Source: a virus. From it: a stretch of 64,000 nt of DNA. The notes beneath the pieces are model-generated. The model made no database searches and was not told the DNA's origin. It saw only the letters and a program-made list of their open reading frames with translations. This document shows, piece by piece, positions 1 through 8,566 of the stretch. The position numbers and the translations under genes are program-made. The DNA lies in the IMG/VR virus record IMGVR_UViG_3300021356_000002; one strand, 5' to 3'. How positions within the stretch are numbered: the stretch's first letter is position 1; the number at the start of each line of letters is the position of its first letter.

Positions 1-201
1 CGATCCATAGATTAATGAGTTACTTTCAGAATACCCGTTGCGAAGACCCACACGTGTTTGTCTGTGATCGATATAAGATGCAACGGCGTATGAAGTAAAC
101 AGAGTTTTTTCTCTATTAGTCCACTCGTTAAAGTGTCTGAATTCAGCCTGTGCGGGTGATGACAGGCTGATCAGAAATGCTGTTAGAAGTATTTTAACCA
201 T
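1..201 (-). CDS. Exported hypothetical protein, truncated at the window edge
   Basis: Read manually: MVKILLTAFLISLSSPAQA|EFRHFNEW..., a Sec signal with an AQA cleavage site. Its ATG overlaps the end of 194..739 and the frame stays open to base 1. Confidence 0.7.
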   Translation of the reverse strand, partial: MVKILLTAFLISLSSPAQAEFRHFNEWTNREKTLFTSYAVASYIDHRQTRVGLRNGYSESNSLIYGS

Positions 202-739
202 CTGAGAGAGGATTGTCAAGTGCTTTTTGCAATGTGTCTCTCAAATCTTCATCAAGTTTGTCCATCTTATCATCGATGCGGTCTTCAAGGTTTCGCATCG
301 TGTCACGCACATCTTTCTCGGTCTCTCGGCTTAGATCAGAGACCTGACGCAAGCGAGTGTCAATTTCATCTTGAACGTTTTTCATTCGATTACTAGTTCG
401 ATCAGTGACAGTTTCGATTCGAATGATATCGTCTTTGAGACTATTCTTGATGTCGCGGGTGTACTCGATAGCATCGTCCAGCTTTCGTTCGATGGCTACG
501 TTTCGGGCTTCGACAGCCTCGAGGTCAAGCACCTCTAATTTCTCTGCCATTTCTTGAAACGCTTTGTACGTCTCAAAGCCACCGTAGAGAGAACCAAGCA
601 CAGCAGTCACGAGTGCAAATGCCGCACTGATCGTTGTCGGCGTCATGGTGATGCCAAACAACTTCATCTTAGTGTTCTTAAGATTCTCTACGCCTTCTTC
701 TATATTGTCTAGGGCATCTTCTAAATCTTTATCTGCCAT
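194..739 (-). CDS. Membrane-anchored coiled-coil protein
   Basis: One hydrophobic segment (ISAAFALVTAVLGSLYGGF) followed by a long charged heptad region. GAAGGA-type RBS. Confidence 0.75.
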   Translation of the reverse strand: MADKDLEDALDNIEEGVENLKNTKMKLFGITMTPTTISAAFALVTAVLGSLYGGFETYKAFQEMAEKLEVLDLEAVEARNVAIERKLDDAIEYTRDIKNSLKDDIIRIETVTDRTSNRMKNVQDEIDTRLRQVSDLSRETEKDVRDTMRNLEDRIDDKMDKLDEDLRDTLQKALDNPLSDG

Positions 740-854
740 TTAGAATTCCTTCTGCCACTTTTTTGCAAGTGGTTCTGATTATAATTTTGTTGTTCTCATC
801 ATATATCGTATATGTTTTCACACCAAGATCGTTACAACTTACGGTAGTCTTCAT
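729..854 (-). CDS. Small hypothetical protein (41 aa)
   Basis: Read manually: MKTTVSCNDLGVKTYTIYDENNKIIIRTTCKKVAEGILNGR. It fills the gap, overlaps both neighbours and has GGAG upstream. Confidence 0.5.
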   Translation of the reverse strand: MKTTVSCNDLGVKTYTIYDENNKIIIRTTCKKVAEGILNGR

Positions 855-1032
855 CTGTGATGTGCTCCATGTAGCAATTGTGATCTTGTGATCTAACCCA
901 ACTCAACTCTTGAATTATGCGGTTGTACCATTGCTTGTCGTATGCGTCTTTGGCTTTGTCCATGTCCGTCGAAAGTTGAGATATTCGAATATCAATATAC
1001 TCTCTGAAGTCATGTTTCTTTCCTCTTCTCAT
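832..1032 (-). CDS. Hypothetical protein
   Basis: 66-aa ORF with an ATGA overlap to the upstream gene. Confidence 0.65.
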   Translation of the reverse strand: MRRGKKHDFREYIDIRISQLSTDMDKAKDAYDKQWYNRIIQELSWVRSQDHNCYMEHITDEDYRKL

Positions 1033-1505
1033 CCTCGTGCACCTGCTATGATTGAAATGGTGCCGATGATAATTGTCAAGCTAACTACTGTGGCTACTGC
1101 AATCATACCGAAGTCTATCCAGAATGCTCTTTTTTCTGCGGCGGCTTGAGCGGCTTTAATTCGTGCGGCGCGAATAACTCTGCGTTCGCGCATCATGTCT
1201 TCGTAGAATTGCATTTGACCAGTGTAGATTAGGAACTCACGGAGTTCCTTCTCTAACTGCATCATCTTATGCTTTGCGGCAGTTACTTGAAGTGCCTGTG
1301 CTTCGACACTTTTGCCTGAGAATAGTTTACCCAACATCGATGGGTTGGATGCGGCTATGTTAGCCTCTGCGATTTGTTCCTTTGCGTCAAAAAATGATGA
1401 AAATGTTTGTGCTAGGTCTTGTACTTCACGACCTTGCTCAATCGCTCCTTTGATCATGTTGAAGGCAGAGCCAGCCATGCTGAGGGCGGCGGCGATTTCT
1501 ACCAT
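1029..1505 (-). CDS. Helical protein with a C-terminal transmembrane anchor
   Basis: C-terminal hydrophobic segment (FGMIAVATVVSLTIIIGTISIIAG). GGAG RBS. Confidence 0.75.
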   Translation of the reverse strand: MVEIAAALSMAGSAFNMIKGAIEQGREVQDLAQTFSSFFDAKEQIAEANIAASNPSMLGKLFSGKSVEAQALQVTAAKHKMMQLEKELREFLIYTGQMQFYEDMMRERRVIRAARIKAAQAAAEKRAFWIDFGMIAVATVVSLTIIIGTISIIAGARG

Positions 1506-1517
1506 TACTACACTCCA

Positions 1518-1967
1518 TTATTCGTTTTCGAATTTTAATGCCCTCAAATTTTCAATCTCTTGTCGGAGTCTCATAACTTCTAAACGCTTCTTTTCAAGTT
1601 CTAGCTGGTATAAAGTATTACAATTAAGGCGTTCTTTGGGGGCGCCAATTGGTATGGTTATTCTTCCATACACACCAACATCCCGAATGAACCGATCGTT
1701 ATTATATCGAAACGCACTACCAGGATCTACTTGCGCTAGGTTGTAAACTGGATCATCTTGATTCAGTATTCCAACTACGCCGAACTCGACGTTAGTTGAC
1801 GACCCTATCGCCATAGAGCATTCAATATCACCCGCTCTAATCCTGTCATTTTGAAAATTTGGTGATGTCTGTGGTATGGCTAGATTCAGCGATGAAGATT
1901 GACCCCATGCCGCACCTGACCAACATCCCACAATAAAGAACGTCACCAATAATAATAATCTTGTCAT
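1518..1967 (-). CDS. Exported protein with a Cys-bracketed amphipathic beta-hairpin and C-terminal coiled coil (putative oligomeric outer-membrane pore subunit)
   Basis: Signal peptide; two Cys flank alternating strands (NVEFGVVG...VGVYGRITIPIG); the C-terminal helix is charged. The function is inferred. Confidence 0.55.
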   Translation of the reverse strand: MTRLLLLVTFFIVGCWSGAAWGQSSSLNLAIPQTSPNFQNDRIRAGDIECSMAIGSSTNVEFGVVGILNQDDPVYNLAQVDPGSAFRYNNDRFIRDVGVYGRITIPIGAPKERLNCNTLYQLELEKKRLEVMRLRQEIENLRALKFENE

Positions 1968-2341
1968 TTTATTTTAGAACATATTTTAGACGATACCATC
2001 GTCAAACTGGTACCACTGCCTATTAATTTAGATTCAGAACAAATATACACTGCTCGCGTTTTATCTTTCTCGCGTATATGTATGTTCACCTTCTTTCGCT
2101 GTAAATGCTTCAACCTCACTATTTTCGATTCAGTGGCAAATGGAATTGCATTCCATTCGCGATCAAATACGCTAAACTCATAATACTCTACATCTGACCT
2201 CGCATTGAATAACACCATCTCCGTTGTCAGTATGCCCGGCACTGCATAGAAGGGCTTGAGACTTGGGTATGTAGGCGTTAGCTGGTGGGCACTCGCGTAC
2301 CCACCTAGCGTCATTAGTAAAGCACAAAGTATTAAACGCAC
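1964..2341 (-). CDS. Exported Ig-like protein resembling a single-domain fimbrial (PapD-N-like) chaperone
   Basis: Signal peptide ending ASA|HQLTPTYP, a 'LFNARSDVEYYEFSVFD' strand, an all-beta pattern and two C-terminal Cys. Confidence 0.5.
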   Translation of the reverse strand: MRLILCALLMTLGGYASAHQLTPTYPSLKPFYAVPGILTTEMVLFNARSDVEYYEFSVFDREWNAIPFATESKIVRLKHLQRKKVNIHIREKDKTRAVYICSESKLIGSGTSLTMVSSKICSKIK

Positions 2342-2347
2342 GTTTAT

Positions 2348-2845
2348 TTATATGGCAATGCACTCCGCACTTACAACAGTTCTGTAAGTTCCTGCGGGAA
2401 ATGCTTTGTCATAGCCATAGTCTGCTTCAGATGCAACTTTGAACCAAGTGCTACCTGCGATTGACAGATCAACCTCGGTTACGTTGTTGTACTCAATCTT
2501 GTCGGTGTCATATGCAGACATGCCTGCGTCTGACACTTCCGCGACTGAAGTGCTACCAGTCCAAGTCACTACATCATTCAAAGAAGGACTTTCTGAAAAC
2601 GAATTTGGATGAGTGATTCTTGCTTTGTAGTAGTCAGCGATGATTACATCATAGCGCACAATTGGCTCAACACCGCCATCGGCTCCGTCTGTAGACAGAA
2701 TGTTTGGCGTTGGGTTACCGTAGATGCCCACAGTGTCAGTTGTCACGAGACACTTAGACTCCACAGTTCCAGTGATGTTCACATCTTCAGCGATTGCTAC
2801 AGATGAAAAAACGGCAAGTACTGCCGCACTGATTTGCTTGATCAT
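2348..2845 (-). CDS. Exported fimbrial-subunit (pilin)-like protein
   Basis: Signal peptide ending AIA, N-terminal 'VNITGTVESKC' (like the FimA GxVxFxGxVxxxxC) and C-terminal 'AGTYRTVVSAECIAI' (like the pilin G-x-Y/F final strand). About 146 aa mature. AAGGAG RBS. Confidence 0.6.
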   Translation of the reverse strand: MIKQISAAVLAVFSSVAIAEDVNITGTVESKCLVTTDTVGIYGNPTPNILSTDGADGGVEPIVRYDVIIADYYKARITHPNSFSESPSLNDVVTWTGSTSVAEVSDAGMSAYDTDKIEYNNVTEVDLSIAGSTWFKVASEADYGYDKAFPAGTYRTVVSAECIAI

Positions 2846-2872
2846 TGAATGATCTCCTTCTGCTTTACTTAT

Positions 2873-3745
2873 TTACTTATTCTCATACTGTTGATTCACC
2901 ATTTTCTCATGAAGTATCTGTTGGGCAAACTCATTCCGTTTGCTGTTCTTATTGTCTGGCAAAGTACCACCGTCCAGTACAATTGTCTCTTCGTATACCC
3001 CTCCGGGTATGTTCTCATAATAGGTCTGAGGCATAAACTGCATTGCCATCAGTTCTGCGTGTTTGGTTTGATCGAGAACCGACATCACCGTAGTGTTGAC
3101 TGCGCCGAGCAACTTCTCTAGGCGCTCATCGATCTTCTTTTTACTAGCTACTTTTTTACGATCACGATCTTCTTGATCTTCTTCGTCCATGACTGCTTTA
3201 CGATCCAACTCGTCCTGCACGAACGTGTCATCTAATGGATCGACAACTTCGGGAGTTTCTAAAGAAGCGACGAAGGGATCTTTGTAGCCAGGACACGAAG
3301 GGTTTGTTTGCGGATCGAAACAAGGGTCGTATTGATACGTGTAGATCACGGAGGGATCAGTGACTTTGCCTTCGCCCTCTACTTCGATAGAGCCAGGACC
3401 CCATCGACTGATCGGAATGCCACCTACTGATACTGCTTTGTTGATAGTGTTGCCAGGAATGCCAGACCAATCGTCTGTCTCACGAAAGATGTAACCCGGA
3501 CCTTGTGCATCTTCGTTCTGCACGTGCACCAACATATCGTCTTCGGGATTCTTTATTGTGGTGTACTGATAGATTACGTTACCCACAGTCAAGCCTGCCT
3601 GCTGAGGCAGAACATTGGTCATCACCCAACTGAGACCATTGTTCGCGGCGTTCTGAGTTACACCGTAAACAACTTCATTAGAGTAAGAGTAAGAGGGCAA
3701 GCAAGCCAACAAGCCCAGCACCGCCCAACATCGTCTTCGTATCAT
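2873..3745 (-). CDS. Exported two-domain protein (N-terminal beta domain, CxxPxxxPxCPGY linker, charged helical C-terminus)
   Basis: Signal-like N-terminus and a DPCFDPQTNPSCPGY motif. The start codon is uncertain. Confidence 0.7.
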   Translation of the reverse strand: MIRRRCWAVLGLLACLPSYSYSNEVVYGVTQNAANNGLSWVMTNVLPQQAGLTVGNVIYQYTTIKNPEDDMLVHVQNEDAQGPGYIFRETDDWSGIPGNTINKAVSVGGIPISRWGPGSIEVEGEGKVTDPSVIYTYQYDPCFDPQTNPSCPGYKDPFVASLETPEVVDPLDDTFVQDELDRKAVMDEEDQEDRDRKKVASKKKIDERLEKLLGAVNTTVMSVLDQTKHAELMAMQFMPQTYYENIPGGVYEETIVLDGGTLPDNKNSKRNEFAQQILHEKMVNQQYENK

Positions 3746-4238
3746 TCGTCATCCCTTCTTTATTCTCTTCACCCGGTTTTGACTCCGGGTTTACTTCCCA
3801 TGCCGCTTTCGCTTCAGGACCTATAAGACCGTCATAAGGACACGGTGTGCCCGCATTCATCATGGCGTCAAAAACACGTCGGTCTTGACACATAACAGAT
3901 ACGGCTGCAACTTTCATACCCATGTCGTACAAGGTCTTAGCATTTTTTAATCTTTCACAATTATCGTCCGTGATTTGTGTGCCTGTAGAGATACCCAAGA
4001 TTTGAGTCTGTACAGCACCCGCAACACCAAACGTACATAGATCAGAGTTTGAAGTATTTATGGTAGGCGAGATCGCACTAGCAGGTGGTGACTTAAGTGT
4101 TGTCTCAGTTTTTCCCTCCGTTATTACCGTACTCGTTGTTACTGCTTCAGTTCGAATCACGTCATCTACTGGATCCTCTTGTGCAAAAATACTTGCAGAA
4201 AAAGTCAGTAAAAGACTAAAGAAAATTCCATAACGCAT
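3678..4238 (-). CDS. Exported Cys-rich protein with a C-terminal membrane anchor
   Basis: Signal peptide, four Cys (LCTFGV...NCERLK...MCQD...TPCPY) and a hydrophobic tail (GGAGLVGLLALLLLL). Confidence 0.8.
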   Translation of the reverse strand: MRYGIFFSLLLTFSASIFAQEDPVDDVIRTEAVTTSTVITEGKTETTLKSPPASAISPTINTSNSDLCTFGVAGAVQTQILGISTGTQITDDNCERLKNAKTLYDMGMKVAAVSVMCQDRRVFDAMMNAGTPCPYDGLIGPEAKAAWEVNPESKPGEENKEGMTNDTKTMLGGAGLVGLLALLLLL

Positions 4239-4284
4239 ATAAATATACTCCCGAAAATAATAATATATTACGAGAGTATTTATA
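4238..4284 (-). promoter_or_regulatory. T4-type late promoter TATAAATA (4277-4284) inside an RBS-sequestering hairpin
   Basis: Minus strand reads TATAAATACTCTCG-N17-CGGGAGTATATTTATATG, an inverted repeat covering the GGGAG RBS. Confidence 0.7.
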
Positions 4285-4323
4285 CTAAATTAGATTGGAA
4301 CTAAATACGCAAAAATGCGTATT

Positions 4324-4473
4324 TCAGAACTCGGCGTAAGCCTCGTCCTCAGGATAGATGCGCAGATTGTCTGCGCGACCCATCTCTTCCAACACCATGA
4401 GAGTTTCGGCAAGATTGCCGATGTCGCCAGTAGCGACGAACTCACCAGTTTTTACGTTAACGATAATACCCAT
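4324..4473 (-). CDS. Small hypothetical protein (49 aa)
   Basis: Read manually (MGIIVNVKTGEFVATGD...). AGGAG RBS and TAATG overlap with the HNH gene. Confidence 0.65.
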   Translation of the reverse strand: MGIIVNVKTGEFVATGDIGNLAETLMVLEEMGRADNLRIYPEDEAYAEF

Positions 4474-4913
4474 TAAGCAACTCCTAAAGTTTTACGACCT
4501 GCGGTAGCGTAGTCACGTGAATCACGAGTCTTGATGGCGTGACAGCACTTACACAAGGTTTGAATATTGTCAGCAGTGTTGACAGACGGATCACCGTTGA
4601 TGTGGTCAGCGTCTAACTGCCATTCGGGATCGACGATGTTAGTGGTGCAAGTAAAGCCGAGTCGACCATCGACATTCTCACAGTAATCTTTACGGTGGAT
4701 CTTGTATTCCCAGCCACCGAGACCGTGCTTGATTGAGTGGTGCTTGTTACAAGCGTAGCCCTCAGACTCAGGAAACTGTTCTTTCATCCACTTGGGACGC
4801 CGCCAGCGAATCTCGCCTCGCTTACCTGACGGTTGAGCAGTACGACCACAACCAGGGACCGAGCAGATAGGACGCTCGCTCATGGGGGGAAGAGTTACAA
4901 CGTTATCACACAT
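4473..4913 (-). CDS. HNH endonuclease with Zn-binding motifs
   Basis: DADHINGD...NTADNIQTLCKCCHAIKT (HNH core) plus an N-terminal CSVPGC...CNKH. Confidence 0.85.
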   Translation of the reverse strand: MCDNVVTLPPMSERPICSVPGCGRTAQPSGKRGEIRWRRPKWMKEQFPESEGYACNKHHSIKHGLGGWEYKIHRKDYCENVDGRLGFTCTTNIVDPEWQLDADHINGDPSVNTADNIQTLCKCCHAIKTRDSRDYATAGRKTLGVA

Positions 4914-4915
4914 AA

Positions 4916-5092
4916 TCAAACCTCAACAAAGGCGTAAGCAGGAACATCAAACTCAGCTTCGAACATACCGATTTCGTCGAAACCGTAAAGAACGTATCCT
5001 TTCATGGGATCACCACCTTTCTCAAAAACAACCAACTCGTGACCGTCAGGAATACGAGCGATGGGACCAGGACCAATCTCAACCATAATCAT
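4916..5092 (-). CDS. Small early protein (58 aa)
   Basis: Read manually (MIMVEIGPGPIARIPDGHELVVFEKG...). First gene after the promoter at 5126-5154, with a strong purine-rich RBS. Confidence 0.7.
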   Translation of the reverse strand: MIMVEIGPGPIARIPDGHELVVFEKGGDPMKGYVLYGFDEIGMFEAEFDVPAYAFVEV

Positions 5093-5125
5093 AACAACTC
5101 TCCTCTCTCTCTCAATTACAGGGTA

Positions 5126-5190
5126 ATTGTCTCATGATTTCGGAACATCGTCAACACTTTTTTGAGGTTTTTTTAGACTTTTTTGTTATA
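5126..5190 (-). promoter_or_regulatory. Early sigma70-type promoter plus upstream conserved box
   Basis: TTGACG-17-GACAAT with extended TG and an A-tract UP element. Box TTAGACTTTTTTGTTATA at 5173-5190 (plus-strand spelling). Confidence 0.75.
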
Positions 5191-5210
5191 AGAACATAAC
5201 GGAAAAGCAT

Positions 5211-5235
5211 AAAAAAAGGGAGCCTTGCGGCTCCC
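5211..5235 (-). terminator. Rho-independent terminator
   Basis: GGGAGCC-GCAA-GGCTCCC followed by T7, just after DUF932. Confidence 0.9.
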
Positions 5236-5244
5236 GATCGGACC

Positions 5245-6192
5245 TTATGCCGCCATTTCGACGGCTAGATTCATGGCTTTGACCTTCTTAGCCTGATTTG
5301 ACCCGAACCAAGCGGACTGCATACGAGTGTCAGCAGATCGACCCAGCTTGTGGTCAGTCAGGTAGGTCACCGCATTCACGGCATTCCACCAAGTACCCAT
5401 CGCCATGTCAGCACCAGGCTGAGTCTCAAGCACGTCGAAGGCTTGCTTCGCGGTACGGCTCAGATCAGCGTACTGGTCAACACCACGATTCTTAGAGTTA
5501 GCAACAGGGAAGACTTCGTTGAGGTAGATAACAACGTCCTCAGTCTTCGCAGGTCGCTTAGCCAAGAAGCGAGCCATCTCTTTGTACTGAGCGAACTTCT
5601 CGTGGGCGATACCCAGTTGCTCTTTCACCATGTCAGGATTGAACGCTCGACGGTGGTTCAGAGAAACTTCGTTCTTCGCCGTCTGGCTCAGTGACAAAGT
5701 GAGCGTGTTGTTGCACACCACACGGATGGGAGTGAAACGCACGTTCAGCGACTTGCCGTATTGATGCGGGTTAGAGAACAGCAGGTACGAATCGACCTGG
5801 TCGTCACCCAACACGTCAAACGACTCGTTGACTTTCGCTAGAGCCCAGACAATCTTGCCGTCAGCCAGCGAGCCAGCGGTGTGCATCTCCATGTCACCAG
5901 CCGCGCAGTACTCATTGAAGAAATCAAACGCTTCAACGTTCTGCACAGGCTCCCAGTTGTCACCAACAAAGGGCGCGAGTACACGATTATCAGTAGAGCG
6001 AATCAGCGCAGAAGCACCAGTTTCGACCTCTTCACCATTGACAGTTGCAAACGTGGGAGCTTTCTTGACTTCCCAGTCACAGCCAGCCTTTTGCATCATC
6101 TGACGCGGAGACAGATCAGCGGGGACTTTCGTACCAAGACCGTGCCAAGGGACTTCGCCCGCGTATGCCATCGTTTCTACCATATGTGCCAT
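5245..6192 (-). CDS. DUF932 family protein (phage/plasmid TIGR03299-like)
   Basis: MAHMVETMAYAGEVPWHGLG, TAGSL, and TPIRVVCNNTL signature. Confidence 0.92.
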   Translation of the reverse strand: MAHMVETMAYAGEVPWHGLGTKVPADLSPRQMMQKAGCDWEVKKAPTFATVNGEEVETGASALIRSTDNRVLAPFVGDNWEPVQNVEAFDFFNEYCAAGDMEMHTAGSLADGKIVWALAKVNESFDVLGDDQVDSYLLFSNPHQYGKSLNVRFTPIRVVCNNTLTLSLSQTAKNEVSLNHRRAFNPDMVKEQLGIAHEKFAQYKEMARFLAKRPAKTEDVVIYLNEVFPVANSKNRGVDQYADLSRTAKQAFDVLETQPGADMAMGTWWNAVNAVTYLTDHKLGRSADTRMQSAWFGSNQAKKVKAMNLAVEMAA

Positions 6193-6229
6193 AATGTTTT
6201 CCTCACAGTTAATCTCAAACTACTTAAGT

Positions 6230-6283
6230 AGTATACGATATTTTTAAAACGAATTCAACCTTTTTTTAGAACATTTTGCTATA
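6230..6283 (-). promoter_or_regulatory. Early sigma70-type promoter plus conserved box
   Basis: TTGAAT-17-TATACT with an A-tract. Box TTAGAACATTTTGCTATA at 6266-6283. Confidence 0.7.
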
Positions 6284-7640
6284 TTGCAAGCAGTTCCTTA
6301 TACTTCTCAAGCGACATCGATCCCATCTTGCGATTATGCTCGGTGCTAATCATCGCCAGATTATCATAGGTCGTAAGACCGCCATTGGCATGAGAGATGA
6401 TGTGCCCGCCTTGAGCATCATGCATGGTCAGAGGCTTACCGTCAACTGCACACTTGAAGCCTTGTTCAGCAAGTCGAGCCTCACGCCACTCGCGAGGAAA
6501 GAGTCGCTTCGGATCTTTCAGAGTGACAAGCGAGGTCATATCGATTCGCTCGATTAACCACATCAACGTGGTGAAGATTGCTTCACGATTTCGCTGTGAC
6601 TTGCCATGCTCGCCGAGAGAATCATTGAACTGCTGACCTCTAGTTTTATTTGCATCAAACGGCGAGGCTTCTTGCAGTGCTGGCTCTTGACTGTCATAGG
6701 GCTTGAAGAACTCAGCGGCTTGTTGAGCAACTGTCAGATAGAACTGCTCATTGTCATTGATTTTGAACGTGCCATACTCTTGCTCCATGTACATCCAAAT
6801 ACGAGTGAAGAGTGAAAACTCTTTCCCACTGAGTGCTGAGGTGTTATAACGCTTTCGGATAACAGCCATGTCTTCAAGAAAGTTAAGACACTTGGTGACC
6901 TTAGCAGTCAACTTCTTAACTTCTTCTTGACTCAGATTTGACTCGTACATTTCTTCAAGGGCTAGATCGTCAGACCGTCCCAGACCACCACCATCATAGT
7001 AGCGATAGTAGATGCGGGCTACAATCTCATCGATTCGAAGCCGCTTGTTGTCGAACTGCAAGTTGATAAAGTTGCGCGGTTTGCCCTCACGTTGCGTGTA
7101 CTCAAAGAGGCTGTGATACTTATTGTTGACACGAGCAACTGGACGCACCATCTCACGAATCGCATTCGCAATCGGAATGTTGCCGTACGAGTTAAGCATC
7201 TCTTGATGGTTCACGTCGGTCGTCTTATTGAGCGAACGGAAGATATAGCCAATGTCCCACACTTTCAGACTCGTGTAAATGCAGAAAGTAAGCTCCGTGT
7301 TCAGAAACATTTTTTTCTCTTCTTGAGTCAAGTCACGATAGAACTTGCCATCCACACGAAACTCGTCATTATAAAAAGCCTTGATATAACGCTTACGATG
7401 ACCACCATCGATGCTCTCGTACTTAAAGTCATCGCGCCAGACTTCGTGCAGGGTGATCTGACCGAGATCAATGCCTCGCAGTATCGAGCCAATGATTCCT
7501 TGGGCTTTCGTTTCGCGACTACCACTCTCAAGCGTCAGTTCGGTATCAAGACGTTGACCCACGGGCTGAACGTCGATGTTACGATAATACTCCTCGAGAA
7601 AATCGCGGATCGTCATTTGTTGCTTGTAATACTTGTACAC
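6279..7640 (-). CDS. DUF262 (ParB/Srx-like) plus C-terminal HNH protein, GmrSD-like
   Basis: SILRG, IDGGHR (a DGQQR variant) and IFRSLN in the N-terminus; GGHIISHANGGLTTYDNL...HN at the C-terminus. Confidence 0.8.
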   Translation of the reverse strand: MYKYYKQQMTIRDFLEEYYRNIDVQPVGQRLDTELTLESGSRETKAQGIIGSILRGIDLGQITLHEVWRDDFKYESIDGGHRKRYIKAFYNDEFRVDGKFYRDLTQEEKKMFLNTELTFCIYTSLKVWDIGYIFRSLNKTTDVNHQEMLNSYGNIPIANAIREMVRPVARVNNKYHSLFEYTQREGKPRNFINLQFDNKRLRIDEIVARIYYRYYDGGGLGRSDDLALEEMYESNLSQEEVKKLTAKVTKCLNFLEDMAVIRKRYNTSALSGKEFSLFTRIWMYMEQEYGTFKINDNEQFYLTVAQQAAEFFKPYDSQEPALQEASPFDANKTRGQQFNDSLGEHGKSQRNREAIFTTLMWLIERIDMTSLVTLKDPKRLFPREWREARLAEQGFKCAVDGKPLTMHDAQGGHIISHANGGLTTYDNLAMISTEHNRKMGSMSLEKYKELLAI

Positions 7641-7942
7641 TACATTTCCCTCAGTAAGGTTACTGCTAACATGAAACCAGATATTGCATTCAACATGATC
7701 AACGCTCGATCACGCCAGATGATCGACACCCATGTCCACAACAGAATGCCTAAGAAGCCGAACATCAAATCATACATTCGATACTCGACACCTGCGGATC
7801 GCATTGCAAGTGAAATTAAAATTAAAAACGATGCTACCCACTTGAGATACCAATCGAAGTTATCAGGATACCAGTTGCGATCTGGTTTCGTGCGTCCTTC
7901 TGCACGAACCATAGGATCACCTTTTGCTTTGGGAGGAGTCAT
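7640..7942 (-). CDS. Small three-helix membrane protein (DUF6552-like)
   Basis: DWYLKWVAS...WTWVSIIWRDRALIMLN with three hydrophobic segments. Confidence 0.75.
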   Translation of the reverse strand: MTPPKAKGDPMVRAEGRTKPDRNWYPDNFDWYLKWVASFLILISLAMRSAGVEYRMYDLMFGFLGILLWTWVSIIWRDRALIMLNAISGFMLAVTLLREM

Positions 7943-8538
7943 AGCTTGTCTCGCATTTTACTCATGCGGTCACGAGCCGCTTTCCATTGTTCGAACGTGA
8001 GTGGCTTACGTGCTTCGCCACATGCTAATTTAGCTTTCTTGAATTCTGCTTTCAGAATAGAAGCCGCCTCACGACCCATGAATCGGGACACCATCTTCAG
8101 CAAGCACTGACGGAACGAACGACCGTGGTGCATATGACCCAGACAGTGAGTCAACTCGTGAAGAAGAGTGTAGACGTTGAGACCGACTTTCAAATCGAGA
8201 GTGACGGTATGACCGTTAGTATGACCAGCAGTCCCTCGACCAGACGACCGTTGCTTGGCGATAATCGCAGGGTTAGAGGCAAAGATGCGAGTCACATCTC
8301 GATTGAAGCCTTCTGCCCACAGCTTTGACCAAGTCTTAGATTTGTAGATTCTCTTGGCGAACTTTTGAGCCTCAGCCAAGTCTTTGAATTCAGGCGTATC
8401 AAACTGACTCAGAAATGCCCACTCAGCGCGGTACGTTTTCAGGCGCTCGCTGTCTTGAGAACGATTCGCACCACGGTTCTGCTTCTTCTCGTGCTTCAGC
8501 AGATAGGTCTTATATTCGATTTCGTCATATGTACTCAT
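7939..8538 (-). CDS. HExxH zinc metallopeptidase-like protein
   Basis: TLLHELTHCLGHMHHGRSF motif. Start placed at the ATG after the AGGAG RBS. Confidence 0.8.
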   Translation of the reverse strand: MSTYDEIEYKTYLLKHEKKQNRGANRSQDSERLKTYRAEWAFLSQFDTPEFKDLAEAQKFAKRIYKSKTWSKLWAEGFNRDVTRIFASNPAIIAKQRSSGRGTAGHTNGHTVTLDLKVGLNVYTLLHELTHCLGHMHHGRSFRQCLLKMVSRFMGREAASILKAEFKKAKLACGEARKPLTFEQWKAARDRMSKMRDKL

Positions 8539-8566
8539 AAAAAACTCCTCTCTCAACTACAATACT

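Noticed and set aside
194-1505. Canonical holin/spanin lysis cassette
   Set aside because: The membrane-anchored coiled coil is i-spanin-like in topology, but no lipobox o-spanin or endolysin is visible here. Kept only as an alternative reading of the late operon.
2345-2352. Additional TATAAATA between the pilin-like and chaperone-like genes
   Set aside because: It overlaps the stop codon and is too close to the next start codon to serve it, so it may be coincidental.
7092-8000. 302-aa plus-strand ORF and other long plus-strand ORFs (for example 10808..11437, 40862..41482, 60326..60892)
   Set aside because: They are antisense shadows of well-supported minus-strand genes, with no RBS or recognisable motifs.
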